Positions 1-10,479 of a stretch of DNA of 64,000 bases are shown piece after piece (position 1 is the stretch's first letter; every line of letters starts with the position of its first letter). The position numbers were made by a program, and so were the translations under genes. The DNA lies in contig NC_042997.1 of the NCBI RefSeq assembly GCF_006345805.1, positions 72,664,001 through 72,728,000 on the forward strand, in the 5' to 3' direction. The notes under the pieces were generated by a model. The model ran no database searches. It saw only the letters and a program-made list of their open reading frames with translations, and was not told the origin of the DNA. Source of the DNA: Octopus sinensis (taxonomy: Eukaryota).

Positions 1-684
1 AACCATGGGAGGAGCCTTTTCGGTTAAAAAAAAAATGTAGATATTTTCAGAGGAAAAGGTGAACAATTCAAGGGAGGTTTCGCTATTGTTTCTAGCACGA
101 CCCAGACCACCCTCTTTTTTTACTCTCACACGTATCGATGTTTTTTCAATAGTTTTCTCCCATTAAACACATTTTATGGAATGATGAGGCCGAAGAAAAA
201 CACATGCGTGGTCCATTGGTGGATTATAAACAACAAAATAAACTGTAATCTAAATTTTTAACCCCCCCCCCCCACCTCAGTTAAATGAAGCCATGTGTGT
301 GTAAGAAAAAATATTTTCTAACCGAAAAGTATGCTATTAAAATGAACTATCATTTATATAACTCGTTTACGCAAATCACTGTGGATAAATGCCAGCAATA
401 ACCTTCTCAGGCTCTCCAATATTTTAATTTCTAAACAGAAACAATCAGGTACAGGAAGTGGGGTTGCAAAAATCTCATAATTTCTCAAAAAATTTCTTTT
501 TCATAGCATTTTAATGTATTTATGGGTGGGGGGATATTGAAAAACCTCAATACATGCGAGAGTGATGAAGAAACGAAGAGGGTTGTTCTTAGATTGCTAA
601 AAACAACGGCCATATCGCCCTTAAATCACTCACTTTTCCCTCTGAAATTTTTTTTTTTTTACCGAAAACGCTCTTTCCATGGTT
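1..684. repeat. Unclassified repeat with imperfect inverted repeats (1-62 vs 630-684), probably a non-autonomous DNA transposon
   Basis: aaccatggga...tttcagaggaaaaggtga at the window start is the approximate reverse complement of tcacttttccctctgaaa...ccatggtt at 630-684; no coding motif. Confidence 0.35.
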
Positions 685-1537
685 TTGAAGTGCAAAAGAA
701 ATTGACCAAAATAGGTCCGGAGTGGGATGATGAGGGAGCGGGAGTTTAAAAAAAAAAGATTTTTCAAAACATTTTTCATACAAAGATGCCAACCTCATCT
801 GTGGTTTAAAAAAATGGGGAAAATCTCCACCAAAATTTTTCCCACAAATTTCTCTATAATCGTAATCTATGCTATATGAAAGGGATTTGTATAAACTTCC
901 ATTAGAAGAATGAGGGAAAAAAGTCAGATCGTATGAATTTTTCGAAACTCTTCTCTCCATCCCCTCGGAAAATTATTTCCCATAAATCCCTATATACACT
1001 GAAGCTACAGCATCTGAGCGGTATTTGTAGAAACTTTTGTTAAAGTGTATCCATTTTTCTGGATGTTATGAGGCAACAAAGTTGGGGGCGTATACATCTG
1101 TAATAATGCTATTTTATTTATACAATTTTTCATTTCATGTTTATTTCATTCATTGTTTGCAATGTTCTCTCTCCCCCACCCTCTTTCTTTCTTTCCTTCT
1201 CTCTCTCTTTCTTTTCCTCTCTCTCTCTTTCTTTCTCCCTCTCTCTCTCTTTCTCTCCCCCCCCTCTCTCTCTCACACACACACACTGCAAAGCTTACAG
1301 ATGGGTTGCTGAATTGAAATCTCTATTGCTTTGAGGGAAGGTAAAACTTGATAAACTGCTTCTCCCTCTGTTGTTGGACTACCGTGCTGTTTATTTAAAA
1401 AAGAGAGACTACGACTGTGATAAAATAATGGATATTTACTAAGCAAGTGATCACTATTATACAAAGAAATAATTAGACGTAAAATATCATAAAAATTATT
1501 AGGGTTAGGAATCAAATGTGAAAATATAACCAAGGGG

Positions 1538-1575
1538 CTAGCAGAAAACCGCTGAAAGGGCGGTCTTTCTGCTAG
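1538..1575 (+). mobile_element. Helitron-type 3' terminus (hairpin + CTAG|T); 5' end uncertain, possibly TC at ~1097
   Basis: accgc-tgaaagg-gcggt hairpin followed by ctttctgCTAG|T. Confidence 0.55.
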
Positions 1576-1690
1576 TATATCTAATTAATAAATATTGTTT
1601 ACATTATAGCAAATGTGTTGAAAAAATTAGTGCAATTACAATACAGACGTTCAAAGAAACAGGCCATTGCAGTTAATTACCTGAACGTGT

Positions 1691-1727
<37 letters not shown>

Positions 1728-2068
1728 AATAACGTTTTTTTTTTAATGCATACATTGCCAAACCGCAGACATCCGAGTCTGTCAAGGGTCGATCTACACG
1801 TTGGAATGTAACTCCTTTCTGGAAAATTCTCCCTTGGTGAAATACCCAATTAACTAGTTTCAATATGAAAAATTTAATTTAATTTAATTTAATTTAATAT
1901 AATTTAATTTCTCTAATTGAATTAATTGGGTATGGAAGCATCTGTAGGGATAAGAATTTCATATTATATTGATTTGAATATCTTTGAACAAACTGATGTC
2001 TATATGTCAATTTCTTTATTTCGTTCTTTATCTGATTCGTTCATTTATATATATATATATATATATAT

Positions 2069-2208
2069 ACGACACGCTTCTTCCAGTTTCTGTCTTCCAA
2101 ATTCACTCACACAGCGTTGGTCGGCACAAGGCTATAGTAGAAGGCACTTACCTAAGGTGTTACAAAGTGGGAATGAATCCGGAACCATGTGGTTACGAAA
2201 CCTGCGCT
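2069..2208 (-). mobile_element. tRNA-derived SINE family A, diverged 5' half
   Basis: Reverse complement resembles the head of the full copies at 26218 and 28681. Confidence 0.7.
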
Positions 2209-2229
2209 TATATAGTCATTAAATTATAG

Positions 2230-2479
2230 GAAATCATTCATGTCAATATCTTTAAATATGCAAGGGAACTCATGAAGGACACTCGAAACTGGAAAATCCT
2301 TTTCACAGCAGACAAAAGTCTCCCTGTAGGATATGAACACAGGTACAGCACACCTGTCAATAATGAAATTGTATAAATAATGGTTGATAAACAGCACTAG
2401 TATTGTGACGCTATTTCGCAAAACAGTAAACATTTCGAAAGAATATGTAAAATTCATAAAACGTATTACTCATTCCAGT
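2230..2479 (+). pseudogene. Helitron RepHel N-terminal relic, left part (split by the Gypsy insertion)
   Basis: Translates as YARELMKDTRNWKILFTADKSLPVGYEHRYSTPVNNEIV ... ICKIHKTYYSFQ, resembling Helitron motifs IxADKxPxGEHxRRFNAP and HRSYDxLQY; contains stops. Confidence 0.6.
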
Positions 2480-2797
2480 TGTAGTGTGATGGATGAAGAG
2501 GACAACAGAAAAAGAAGCAGCGGGAGAAAGAAATACAAAAGGCCTTACCTCGGCGAAATCAGCGGTCTCTACGAATTCAACACGTCCTGTCGCTTTGCCG
2601 TCTATGCTGGAACTGCCCCCGCTTCCTCACTGACCACACGTGCTTCCTCCTTGACCACATGTGCTTCCTGCCACGCATGCACCCTTCAGTCTTCCGCCGA
2701 CCCCTGCAAGCCCTACTTCCGCCCACCTCATCTGTCATCCTCTCGACCAACACCACATAGCTCATCACGGCCCATAACGCCGACCGCCAACACCACA
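2480..2797 (-). repeat. 3' LTR of the Gypsy element
   Basis: Direct repeat of 6535-6853 with about 15 differences by manual alignment. Confidence 0.97.
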
Positions 2798-2808
2798 CGC
2801 CCCCCCGA
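2798..2808 (-). promoter_or_regulatory. Polypurine tract
   Basis: G-run (cgggggggcg on the minus strand) directly before the 3' LTR. Confidence 0.75.
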
Positions 2809-2865
2809 TCTACAGATCACTCAACTGGCTTTTCCACTCACTCCTCACTCCCGAACTCACACCTA

Positions 2866-3880
2866 ACTGGTTTCATAATCAGCCAACCAAGGAGGAGGGT
2901 GCCGTTCCTTCTGTGGTCGCAGTGCGACCTTAGGACTGGCATTGGTTCCTGGCATGTTGCTGCTGGCTTCATCATCTTGTCTACTGATGTTGTCTTCATC
3001 TTCTTGCCTACTGTTGTTGTCTTCATCTTCTTGCCCACTGCTGCTGGTTCCATCCTCTGAGGCATGGACAATCTTCCGTATATCCAAAACGTGGCGTGGC
3101 ATACCATCGACAGTGATGTTATTCTTCGAATTTATAGAGGTTATTGTTCCCTTTCCCCATCGTGATGTACACAGTGCGTTTGGGGGTTTTATCCAAATTT
3201 CTTCCCCGACCTGCACGAAGGCGTGCTCTTCCTCTGTCCCAGGTCGCATTGATGCAGTACACGGATGCCTCCACTCGTACCTAAATATTGCTCTGTGTGG
3301 CACCGACTCCTCAGCCTGTCCTGATCTGGGCGACATATTGTACCAAAATACAGCCTCGATTGGTGAAATGTGGCCCCTCTCTGCCATGGTCTTGATGGTA
3401 CGATGCTACCTTTCCACCACCCCATTTCCATTTGGCCGGTATGCCACCCTGAAGAAGCGGTTGTCCTTCCACCCATCAAGCATTTCTTTCAGCACCTCCG
3501 AGCGAAATGCAATGCCATTATCCAGAAGCACTTCATCCACGGGGCCTCGTTCCAGGAATATCTCATTCAATACTTTCACAATTTCCTCTGCGGTCCCCGT
3601 TTTCATCTCCCTCCATATGGCCAACCGCCCCGGTCTACAGTCAACCATTGAGAGGTATGTCCCCTGCCGGTAGTGTGTTATGTCCACCGCCAGTTGTTTC
3701 CAGTCGTGGTCCACTGGAATACTTCCCGCCTCATGTACGCCCGGAACGGTCGATGGACTGGCACCTGTCACAGCTGCTAACCACTCTCTGCACGCTCCGT
3801 CTTGTTAGATCGGAGTCAACTTTCCTGGCTAGGAACACCGTCTTGTCCACCCCAATGTGATGCATGGTATGCAATCTCCG
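2866..3880 (-). pseudogene. Gypsy integrase (HHCC, DDE core, C-terminal region), frameshifted
   Basis: LHTMHHIG...CDRC zinc finger; WKQLAVDITHY, LSMVDC and LLDNGIAF core motifs in ORFs 3731-4228, 3406-3771 and 2863-3387. Confidence 0.9.
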
Positions 3881-5150
3881 CAACTCCGAGTCACTCAGAC
3901 GGCATACTGCAGCCACAGCCTGCTTCGCATCCTCTGGCACCTGCAACCAGGCTCGCTTTACCCTGGTCAGGATGTCTGCCCTCTTCTCGGAAGGCACAAA
4001 GATCACACTCCGCTTCAGATTGAACTCAGTGGTTAGTTCACGCAGTATCCCCAATCGACGCTTTACCAGCATCTCTGCAGCCCCTTTGATCCGCACCCTC
4101 CGCTCATTGGTGATGACTGCTGCCACCCAACCAAGTACAGTGGCCGAATCAGTCCTGATTTCTATGGTGTGCAACCCCCACTTCAAGGCTAGGTTCACTC
4201 CCTTCAACACGGCATCCAACTCCGCCACATTGATATGATTGCAGTCATCCGTCTTCCTGAGCTAGGCTGCATCTTCCACCATGACACCTCCCACTTCTAA
4301 GACAACCTCTATTGCGATGCTACTGGCGTCACACCATACAATCCCGCTCTTTGATTTGGGAACATACCAACTGCCCCTCACTGGGTCCTCTGCTCTTACT
4401 CTGACCAAGACTTCCTGTATCATGTCGGTCGTCTTCTCCCCCATTCTATCGTTCCACTTCACTCCTTCGGCTCGTCTCTTGATGAAGCTACATGCTGTCC
4501 AGAGCCATCCTGCAATCGGGTAGTGTCCCACTAGCTTCCCCACACAGAGAACAGTTCCCGTCTACTCATGCTGGCGCCCAGTTCGGGGATCTCATTTCCT
4601 CATCGGAACACCAACGCACCGGCCTTGTCTCTCCATAGCTTGAGGCCCAGTGCAGCACTTCTCTCTATTGCCTCTGGTGGCTTGGCGATCACTCCAAAAC
4701 TCTTCAGGTGGCCTATGACCTCCGTTGCTGGCATTACGGTTTCATCCACCAGAATATCATCAATATACGAATTGGTGGCCTTTTTTACTCTGTTTCGTCT
4801 TTCCCAGGTTGGCCTTGAGAATTGTTGCCATAATCTTTGGCGCTGAATTCAGTCCGAACCCCAACCTGGTCAGACAGTACGTCCGGCCCTTATACCCGAC
4901 AAGCTGATACTTCCACAGTTTCTCAGCCACATGCACCTGTAGGTATGCCGACTTCAAATCAACGATCGTGGAGGCCCCTGTCATCTGCCTCCTCTCCCGC
5001 AATGTGTCTCCTCAGACATCTGTGGCCTCGCCGCCTGTATGAAATGATACGTGGTCATTCAGCTCTCGGAAGTCAAGCACTGGCCTGACCTTATGCTTTG
5101 TGGGCTGTACCACCGCCATCAGTGGCAGGACTACGCTCTCTTCTTTTCCA
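3881..5150 (-). pseudogene. Gypsy reverse transcriptase and RNase H, disrupted
   Basis: VRPVLDFRELN, IVDLKSAYLQ, LGFGLNSAP, SYIDDILV (~4754-4770); RNase H WCDASS, AELDAV, IRTDSATV. Confidence 0.92.
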
Positions 5151-5792
5151 AGAGATCAATATACCCTCCTTAATCCACCGCTCCACCTCCCTCTCGAACT
5201 CACTTCTGGCATCTCCTTTTAGAGTATGCTGATAGCAGCCCACTTTATTCTTTAACGTCGGGGGCTCCCCCTTCCAGAGCCACTCCACTGTCCACCTCTG
5301 GCCATCGAAGACAGCCCGAAAATCCTGGTCTTCAATGGCGTGTGCAGCATGCTTTTCCTCACGGTTGTCACCAGTGCATGGTCTCGCCATACACAGTTTC
5401 CCCACAAACCCGAACGTTACGCCGGCCTCGTTAACAGTGACACCTCCCAAACGAGTGATTGCATCCATCCCCATCACCACGTCAATCTCGTCCACCAAGT
5501 GGCCAACTTCAATTGCTTGCAGTGTCAGCCTTATTCCATGCACTACAATCTGCGCATCTGTAACGCCTTCACAGTGTACTTCTCTTCTGTCGACTGCTCT
5601 TACACTGCTTTCTCCACTCCATGTCTCTACCACTTCTGGAGTCATCAGGGTTGTCGTACAGCCCGTGTCCACAAGGGCTCGCGACATCTTCCCCTCCACC
5701 AGAATGTCGACTTCAGGTAATGACGATAAGCGCGCCTCTATTGATCCAAAGGGACAACTACTAGCGCAGTAGTCTCCCTCAGTCCGTTTCCC
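5091..5792 (-). CDS. Gypsy aspartic protease (start of pol)
   Basis: ALVDTGCTTT active-site motif and VVMGMDAI in ORF 5091-5840; lies in the -1 frame relative to gag. Confidence 0.88.
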   Translation of the reverse strand, partial: GKRTEGDYCASSCPFGSIEARLSSLPEVDILVEGKMSRALVDTGCTTTLMTPEVVETWSGESSVRAVDRREVHCEGVTDAQIVVHGIRLTLQAIEVGHLVDEIDVVMGMDAITRLGGVTVNEAGVTFGFVGKLCMARPCTGDNREEKHAAHAIEDQDFRAVFDGQRWTVEWLWKGEPPTLKNKVGCYQHTLKGDARSEFEREVERWIKEGILISWKRRERSPATDGGGTAHKA

Positions 5793-6490
5793 CGCAGACA
5801 TTCGTTGGCTATATGTCCCGTTTCTCGACACCGGTAGCAAATGACCTCAGGTTTGGGTGACTCGCAGTCTCGCACCATGTGCGGACCCTGGCACCGGAAA
5901 CACTGTCCTTTGAATGGTCGCACACGTTCTTTCTTCGACCCCTCTCCGCTGCTCCTAGCTCGGCCACTTTTCGTTGTTGCAGTCGCTGCTACCGACGTCC
6001 TTCTGATGCACGAAACTAGAACGCGTGCCCGAGATACGATGTCTGCCATCGCCATCGAATGAATGTTTGGAAGCTGCTGCAACTCGACCGACATGTTGTC
6101 AGGAAAGCCAGTCACAAACGCCAACTTAACCGCCCGGTCCAGCGACTCTCCCTCATAACCCGCCAGTTTAGCCAATCTCCTGAGTTCATTGGCAAATACG
6201 TCAACCTGTTCCCCAGTCCATCTTGTTTTCCCCAGGCGAGCGTATGCCTTAAACATTCCCTCTGTTAAGGCCTCCATCAACCGGATTTCTACTTTCTCCG
6301 CGCTAAGTTGGTCCTTCTCTTCCATCTCTAGATACAGCGCCAATGCTGAACCATCCAAGTACAGCGGTATAAAACTAGCTAGGTCGCTTATACCGTGGTG
6401 CTTCGCCACCAACTTCACCTTCTTTAACCAAGCGATTACATCTGTGTCACCGCAAAATGGTTTGATCTTCTCGTTCGAAATACGGGCACT
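5738..6490 (-). CDS. gag: Gypsy Gag with two zinc knuckles
   Basis: CFRCQGPHMVRDC and CYRCRETGHIANEC; the frame extends upstream of the track start (KIKPFCGDTDVIAWLKKVKLVA); true start codon unclear. Confidence 0.88.
   Translation of the reverse strand, partial: SARISNEKIKPFCGDTDVIAWLKKVKLVAKHHGISDLASFIPLYLDGSALALYLEMEEKDQLSAEKVEIRLMEALTEGMFKAYARLGKTRWTGEQVDVFANELRRLAKLAGYEGESLDRAVKLAFVTGFPDNMSVELQQLPNIHSMAMADIVSRARVLVSCIRRTSVAATATTKSGRARSSGEGSKKERVRPFKGQCFRCQGPHMVRDCESPKPEVICYRCRETGHIANECLRGNGLRETTALVVVPLDQ
5750..5792 (-). promoter_or_regulatory. Putative -1 ribosomal frameshift signal between gag and pol
   Basis: G GGA AAC heptamer (5786-5792) in the gag frame, followed after ~7 nt by a stem-loop gggag-actac...gtagt-tg-tccc. 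Confidence 0.65.
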
Positions 6491-6522
6491 ATTCGTTCGT
6501 TTTTTTTTGTTTTTTTTTATGA

Positions 6523-6534
6523 GCCGAAATAGCT
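6523..6534 (-). promoter_or_regulatory. Non-canonical primer-binding site complementary to nt 1-12 of tRNA-Phe(GAA)
   Basis: The plus strand reads GCCGAAATAGCT directly abutting the LTR; animal tRNA-Phe(GAA) begins GCCGAAAUAGCU; no TGG-type PBS is present. Confidence 0.7.
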
Positions 6535-6853
6535 TGTAGTGTGATGGATGAAGAGGACAACAGAAAAAGAAGCAACGGGAGAAAGAAATACAAAAGGCCT
6601 TTACTCGGTGAAATCAGCGGTCTCTCACGAATTCAACACGTCCTGTCGTTTTGCCGTCTATGCTGGAACTTCCCCCGCCTCCTCGCTGACCACACGTGCT
6701 TCATCCTTGACCACACGTACTTCCTGCCACGCACGCACCCTTCAGTCTTCCGCCGGCCCCTGCAAGCCCTACTTCCGCCCACCTCATCTGTCATCCTCTC
6801 GACCAACACCACATAGCTCATCACGGCCCATAACACCGACCGCCAACACCACA
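6535..6853 (-). repeat. 5' LTR of the Gypsy element
   Basis: Direct repeat of 2480-2797, followed by TSD ccagt. Confidence 0.97.
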
Positions 6854-6858
6854 CCAGT

Positions 6859-7140
6859 ATTCTCTCATCTTCTGAAATGGTTAAGATAGTTATCAATTTC
6901 AGATACAGCAGATTTACCCAGGAACAGGATATGAAACCGACTAATCATTCAGCTGCAAAAACTTTTATGCCATTCATATCAGGGAACAAGATGAGTTCAG
7001 CTAAATTCTGTCATTATCCAAAGAGGTAACCAGTTAGTTCGCGAGACAGGAAAATTTGGCTTCATGAGAAAAAATCAACACAAGTTAAGGGAAGAGAACT
7101 GCATTCACCATGCAGATGCTTTCACCACTGACGGTGACAG
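6859..7140 (+). pseudogene. Helitron RepHel relic, right part
   Basis: Continues across the TSD as YSLIF*NG*DSYQF (cf. QYPLIFxxGEDGYHF) and MRKNQHKLREENCIHHADAF (cf. IRxNQxKLRxEEYIHLRDA). Confidence 0.6.
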
Positions 7141-7395
7141 GATTACTTTGTTGCTTGCAGGAACGAACTCTATTTTTACTTCTGTCTATATTTCTGTATA
7201 TAAGGTGGTGGGCCACATTTGCTTATTTAATACCCGATGTTCCTCCCTGCGAAAAAGTAAAGTATTTTGTTGGATTCAGTGCTTTGTTGAAATATTTTGA
7301 TGCTCAGACTTTGCAATTCGAGTCCTTCATTCTAAGTGACCACCAAGTTCCTTATATTCACATACATTCTCTCATACATACATACATACATACAT

Positions 7396-7447
<52 letters not shown>

Positions 7448-7485
7448 CACACACACACACAAATATATATATATATATATATATA

Positions 7486-7783
7486 CAAAATTTATAGGAC
7501 TGATCACTAAAAGTGGACAGTCTATATGCTAGATATAGACGTCAAAATCGCACTGAAATCGGAAATTTACTCTGCAGTTAATAAACTACAGCAGTGAACT
7601 TACCGGTTAGAGAACATTTTATTATTTTCGTATATTTTCATTTGTCTTGCTTATTTTTACGCACGCTTTGGTTTTTTGCTGAGTTTTTTCTTGAGAACAC
7701 ATTCTTCGTGGAAAATACCGATTTTGACGTCTATATCTAGCATATAGACTGTCTCTTTTTAGTGGTCAGTCCTGTAAATTTTG
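7486..7783. mobile_element. Tc1/mariner-type MITE, 298 bp
   Basis: 65-bp TIRs (7486-7550, 7719-7783) flanked by TA on both sides. Confidence 0.88.
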
Positions 7784-8042
7784 TAAGTAAAAAAAAGTTT
7801 GTATGTAAAAAAAAATATTTTTTTAAAATATGCTAGGCCACTGATTTTAATTGATTAATATCAATTTCTACCCTTATTTAAATTATATATGAATATATAT
7901 ATATATATATAGGTATTCATACATATACATGTATATGATATATGCAAATACATAATAAATAGACACACACACACAAGAAAGCTATGTTCATTATATAACG
8001 AATGTGTTTTACATACATATATCGTTCTTTACAATATTTCAG

Positions 8043-8328
8043 GTGTTAACAACAGAATGAGTTCCAGGAAAAGGCAATTGCCTAACTATACAAACTACAG
8101 AAAATATCCAGACTCAAGTATTTCAGCTTATAACCCACGTAGACATAGCAACTGGGCTGAAAAGTTTATCCAAACTTTAGACACATTAATGCTTTCCAGA
8201 GCCTTTAGAAGATCACCAATACGCAGAAAAATGCGAAGACTTAAACCTATTATGCTGGATTTCTGTCGACGAGAATCCAAAGGAAAATGGGCTGTCTTTT
8301 AAAGCTAAACCTTGTTCAATTATTTCAG
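8043..8328 (+). other. Candidate host exon containing an 81-codon basic ORF (8057-8302)
   Basis: tttcag acceptor and cag|gtaata donor around non-repetitive sequence; no recognisable homology. Confidence 0.25.
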
Positions 8329-8500
8329 GTAATAGTATTATACAATTTTGGCTTTACGACCATCACCTGTTTAACCTTATTTTCCTTGTCTGTTGCAACA
8401 CCCCTGTTCTCTCTTTCTTCTCTTAGATCTCTCTCATTCTTCTCTCGACTCTCTCTTTCTCTATCTCTCTCTCTTTCTGCGTGTGTGTATGTATATATAT

Positions 8501-8648
8501 TTAACTTCCGGTATGCGGAGCTTTCAACTGCTAGTACTTGCTTCTACAAGATGTTTGCAAAAATCTTTATATCGTATATAAAGATTTTTTGCAAACATCT
8601 TGCAGAAGCAAGTACTAGCAGTTGAAAGCTCCGCATACCGGAAGTTAA
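8501..8648. repeat. Near-perfect 148-bp palindrome bounded by TTAA; possible foldback MITE
   Basis: ~72-bp arms with one mismatch and one 1-nt bulge, 3-nt loop; symmetry stops exactly at TTAA. Confidence 0.85.
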
Positions 8649-9429
8649 CAAGTTTATGGGATCATCAGTAGAGAATGCGCGCCGTTTCAGGGACGGCATA
8701 AATGCATACCAGCTCACCTTACTGAAATGAGGCCTCGCTTACAAGATCAACTGATTATTGTTTCGCTCAATATTTTTCTAGCCATTCCTCATCATTACGT
8801 TTTAATCAAATCCAGTGGTCTGCATTCTCCACTGTAGTATGGATATCATTCATGGGAATTTCAATTTTGAGCCAATTTGATATTCAGAGTAGTTTTAAAT
8901 GCTGTATTTCTACATTCTACAGTCACTGCCAGGTCTATATACTTTCAGATTATAAACAGTTTTATACAGTTTTCAACTTAGTGATAACAAATTATTCTGG
9001 TTCAAAAATTGAAAAAAAATTTGCCCTGTTTTTGACCTCCTGTGCTACACAAGAAAACAAGTTCTTGAGGAAGTAAATACGATTTCAAACACCACTGTAA
9101 GATTAGAGAAGATGGGATGCTCACCAACCGTTGTTATTAAGTAATAGTTGCCTAAACCAAAATTTTTAAAAGTAGTTCCTAAGACAGGGATTTTTGCAAT
9201 TTTCAGTTGGCATTTTTTCTACATTGGCTGAGTTAAAACCATTGATGTTTAGTGCTTGAGAGACATGAGATGGTGGGGATTAAAGAAACATACTTTCCAA
9301 GGCATGGTATCAAACCAATTTGGAATAATGGCTTCCTAAAAAAAATCAAATTTTCGAAAATTTCAGAAATGAAACCTTTAAATGACTATGTATTCTGACT
9401 TGTAACAGCTTCAGAGCTGAAATTTTCTA

Positions 9430-10440
9430 GAAATACTCCTCTCTTGGATACTAAATGGATACCACATGGATACTAACAAATGGTGTAGATTTGAAGAAAA
9501 TACGTGAAATCCGACTCAACAAACTCAAAGGCTCCTTCACAATGCAGAAATACCCCTTAGGATTAATTAAGGAAAGAATTAAAAAAGCGATGAAATCGAA
9601 CATCACACTACTACGGACACCAAAGGAAAAAGTTAATGAGAACACGATTCCGTTCGTTAACACACACAATCCTGGAATAACCAACATCTTTCACGTCATA
9701 AAATCGAACTTACCTGTACTCCTACAAAGCCCCAAAATGAAAAATCTGATTGTAAAAACAACTTACGGAATAGTTGACGCCAACCAAAAAAATCTTAAAA
9801 ACACCTTACAGGGGCAGAATTCAAATGGGAGAATGAATCAGAATTCTTAGTAAAAGAATGTGGAGATAGGTGATGTCGATCATGCAACAACAATTTTAAA
9901 TACTTAGAAAGTAGTTCCCACATAAAATTCAAGAGCGGATCCCTTTTCAAAATAAATATAGATATGAACTGCAAAACGCAAAACCTTATATACTGCATTA
10001 CCTGCCCAAAGTGCAAAGAAAATTACATTGGCGAAACAAATATTTCCCTCTACCAACAGGCAACATCTCCGACAAGAGAAATTGCGCAAGGTCCAATTAA
10101 GCAAGCATCTGGAAATATGCAACGACGGAAAATTCAAAATTTTTCCCTTTTGCAAATGTGCATGGGACAATCTGCAATAACGAAAAGTAATGGAACTACA
10201 TTTCATCAAAACATTCTCTCCAAAATTGAGTGTTTGAAAGAAAAGCGTAGACAGTACATTTTGTATTCTAAATATAACTCAAAGAGGAGAAAAAGAAAGA
10301 GGAAACAAGAAAGAAAGAGAAGAAAAAATAGTTCAACCGTAGCAAACCCGAAAGACACCTCTCAGACTTGTTAATGGTTACAGAAAATACGATGTCACTG
10401 GGAACTGAAGACGCTTGAAGTGAAATAACTTATTTGATGA
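9430..10440 (+). pseudogene. Penelope-like element 3' relic with GIY-YIG endonuclease
   Basis: TIPFVNTHNPG linker and CKTQNLIYCITCPKCKENYIGET motif; frameshifted. Confidence 0.85.
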
Positions 10441-10479
10441 GATGAAGAGAACGTGTGAAATGAAAATATCTCCGTTGGC

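Larger units (their letters stand above)
2480..6853 (-). mobile_element. Complete but defective Ty3/Gypsy LTR retrotransposon, 4374 bp
   Basis: Two ~318-bp LTRs with TG...CA ends; 5-bp TSD ccagt at 2475-2479 and 6854-6858; order gag-PR-RT-RNaseH-IN on the minus strand. Confidence 0.97.

Noticed and set aside
6523-6534. Tf1-style self-priming as the explanation of the PBS
   Set aside because: I found no GCCGAAATAGCT in the element-sense LTR by eye; the closest plus-strand similarity (ggcgaaatcagc) is in the wrong orientation and imperfect
2384-6896. ORFs inside the LTRs and antisense to gag-pol
   Set aside because: No recognisable motifs; explained by GC-richer retrotransposon sequence having fewer stop codons
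2230-7025. Two phase-compatible host exons flanking the Gypsy element
   Set aside because: Unspliced translation matches Helitron RepHel motifs continuously across the insertion, so the splice signals are probably coincidental
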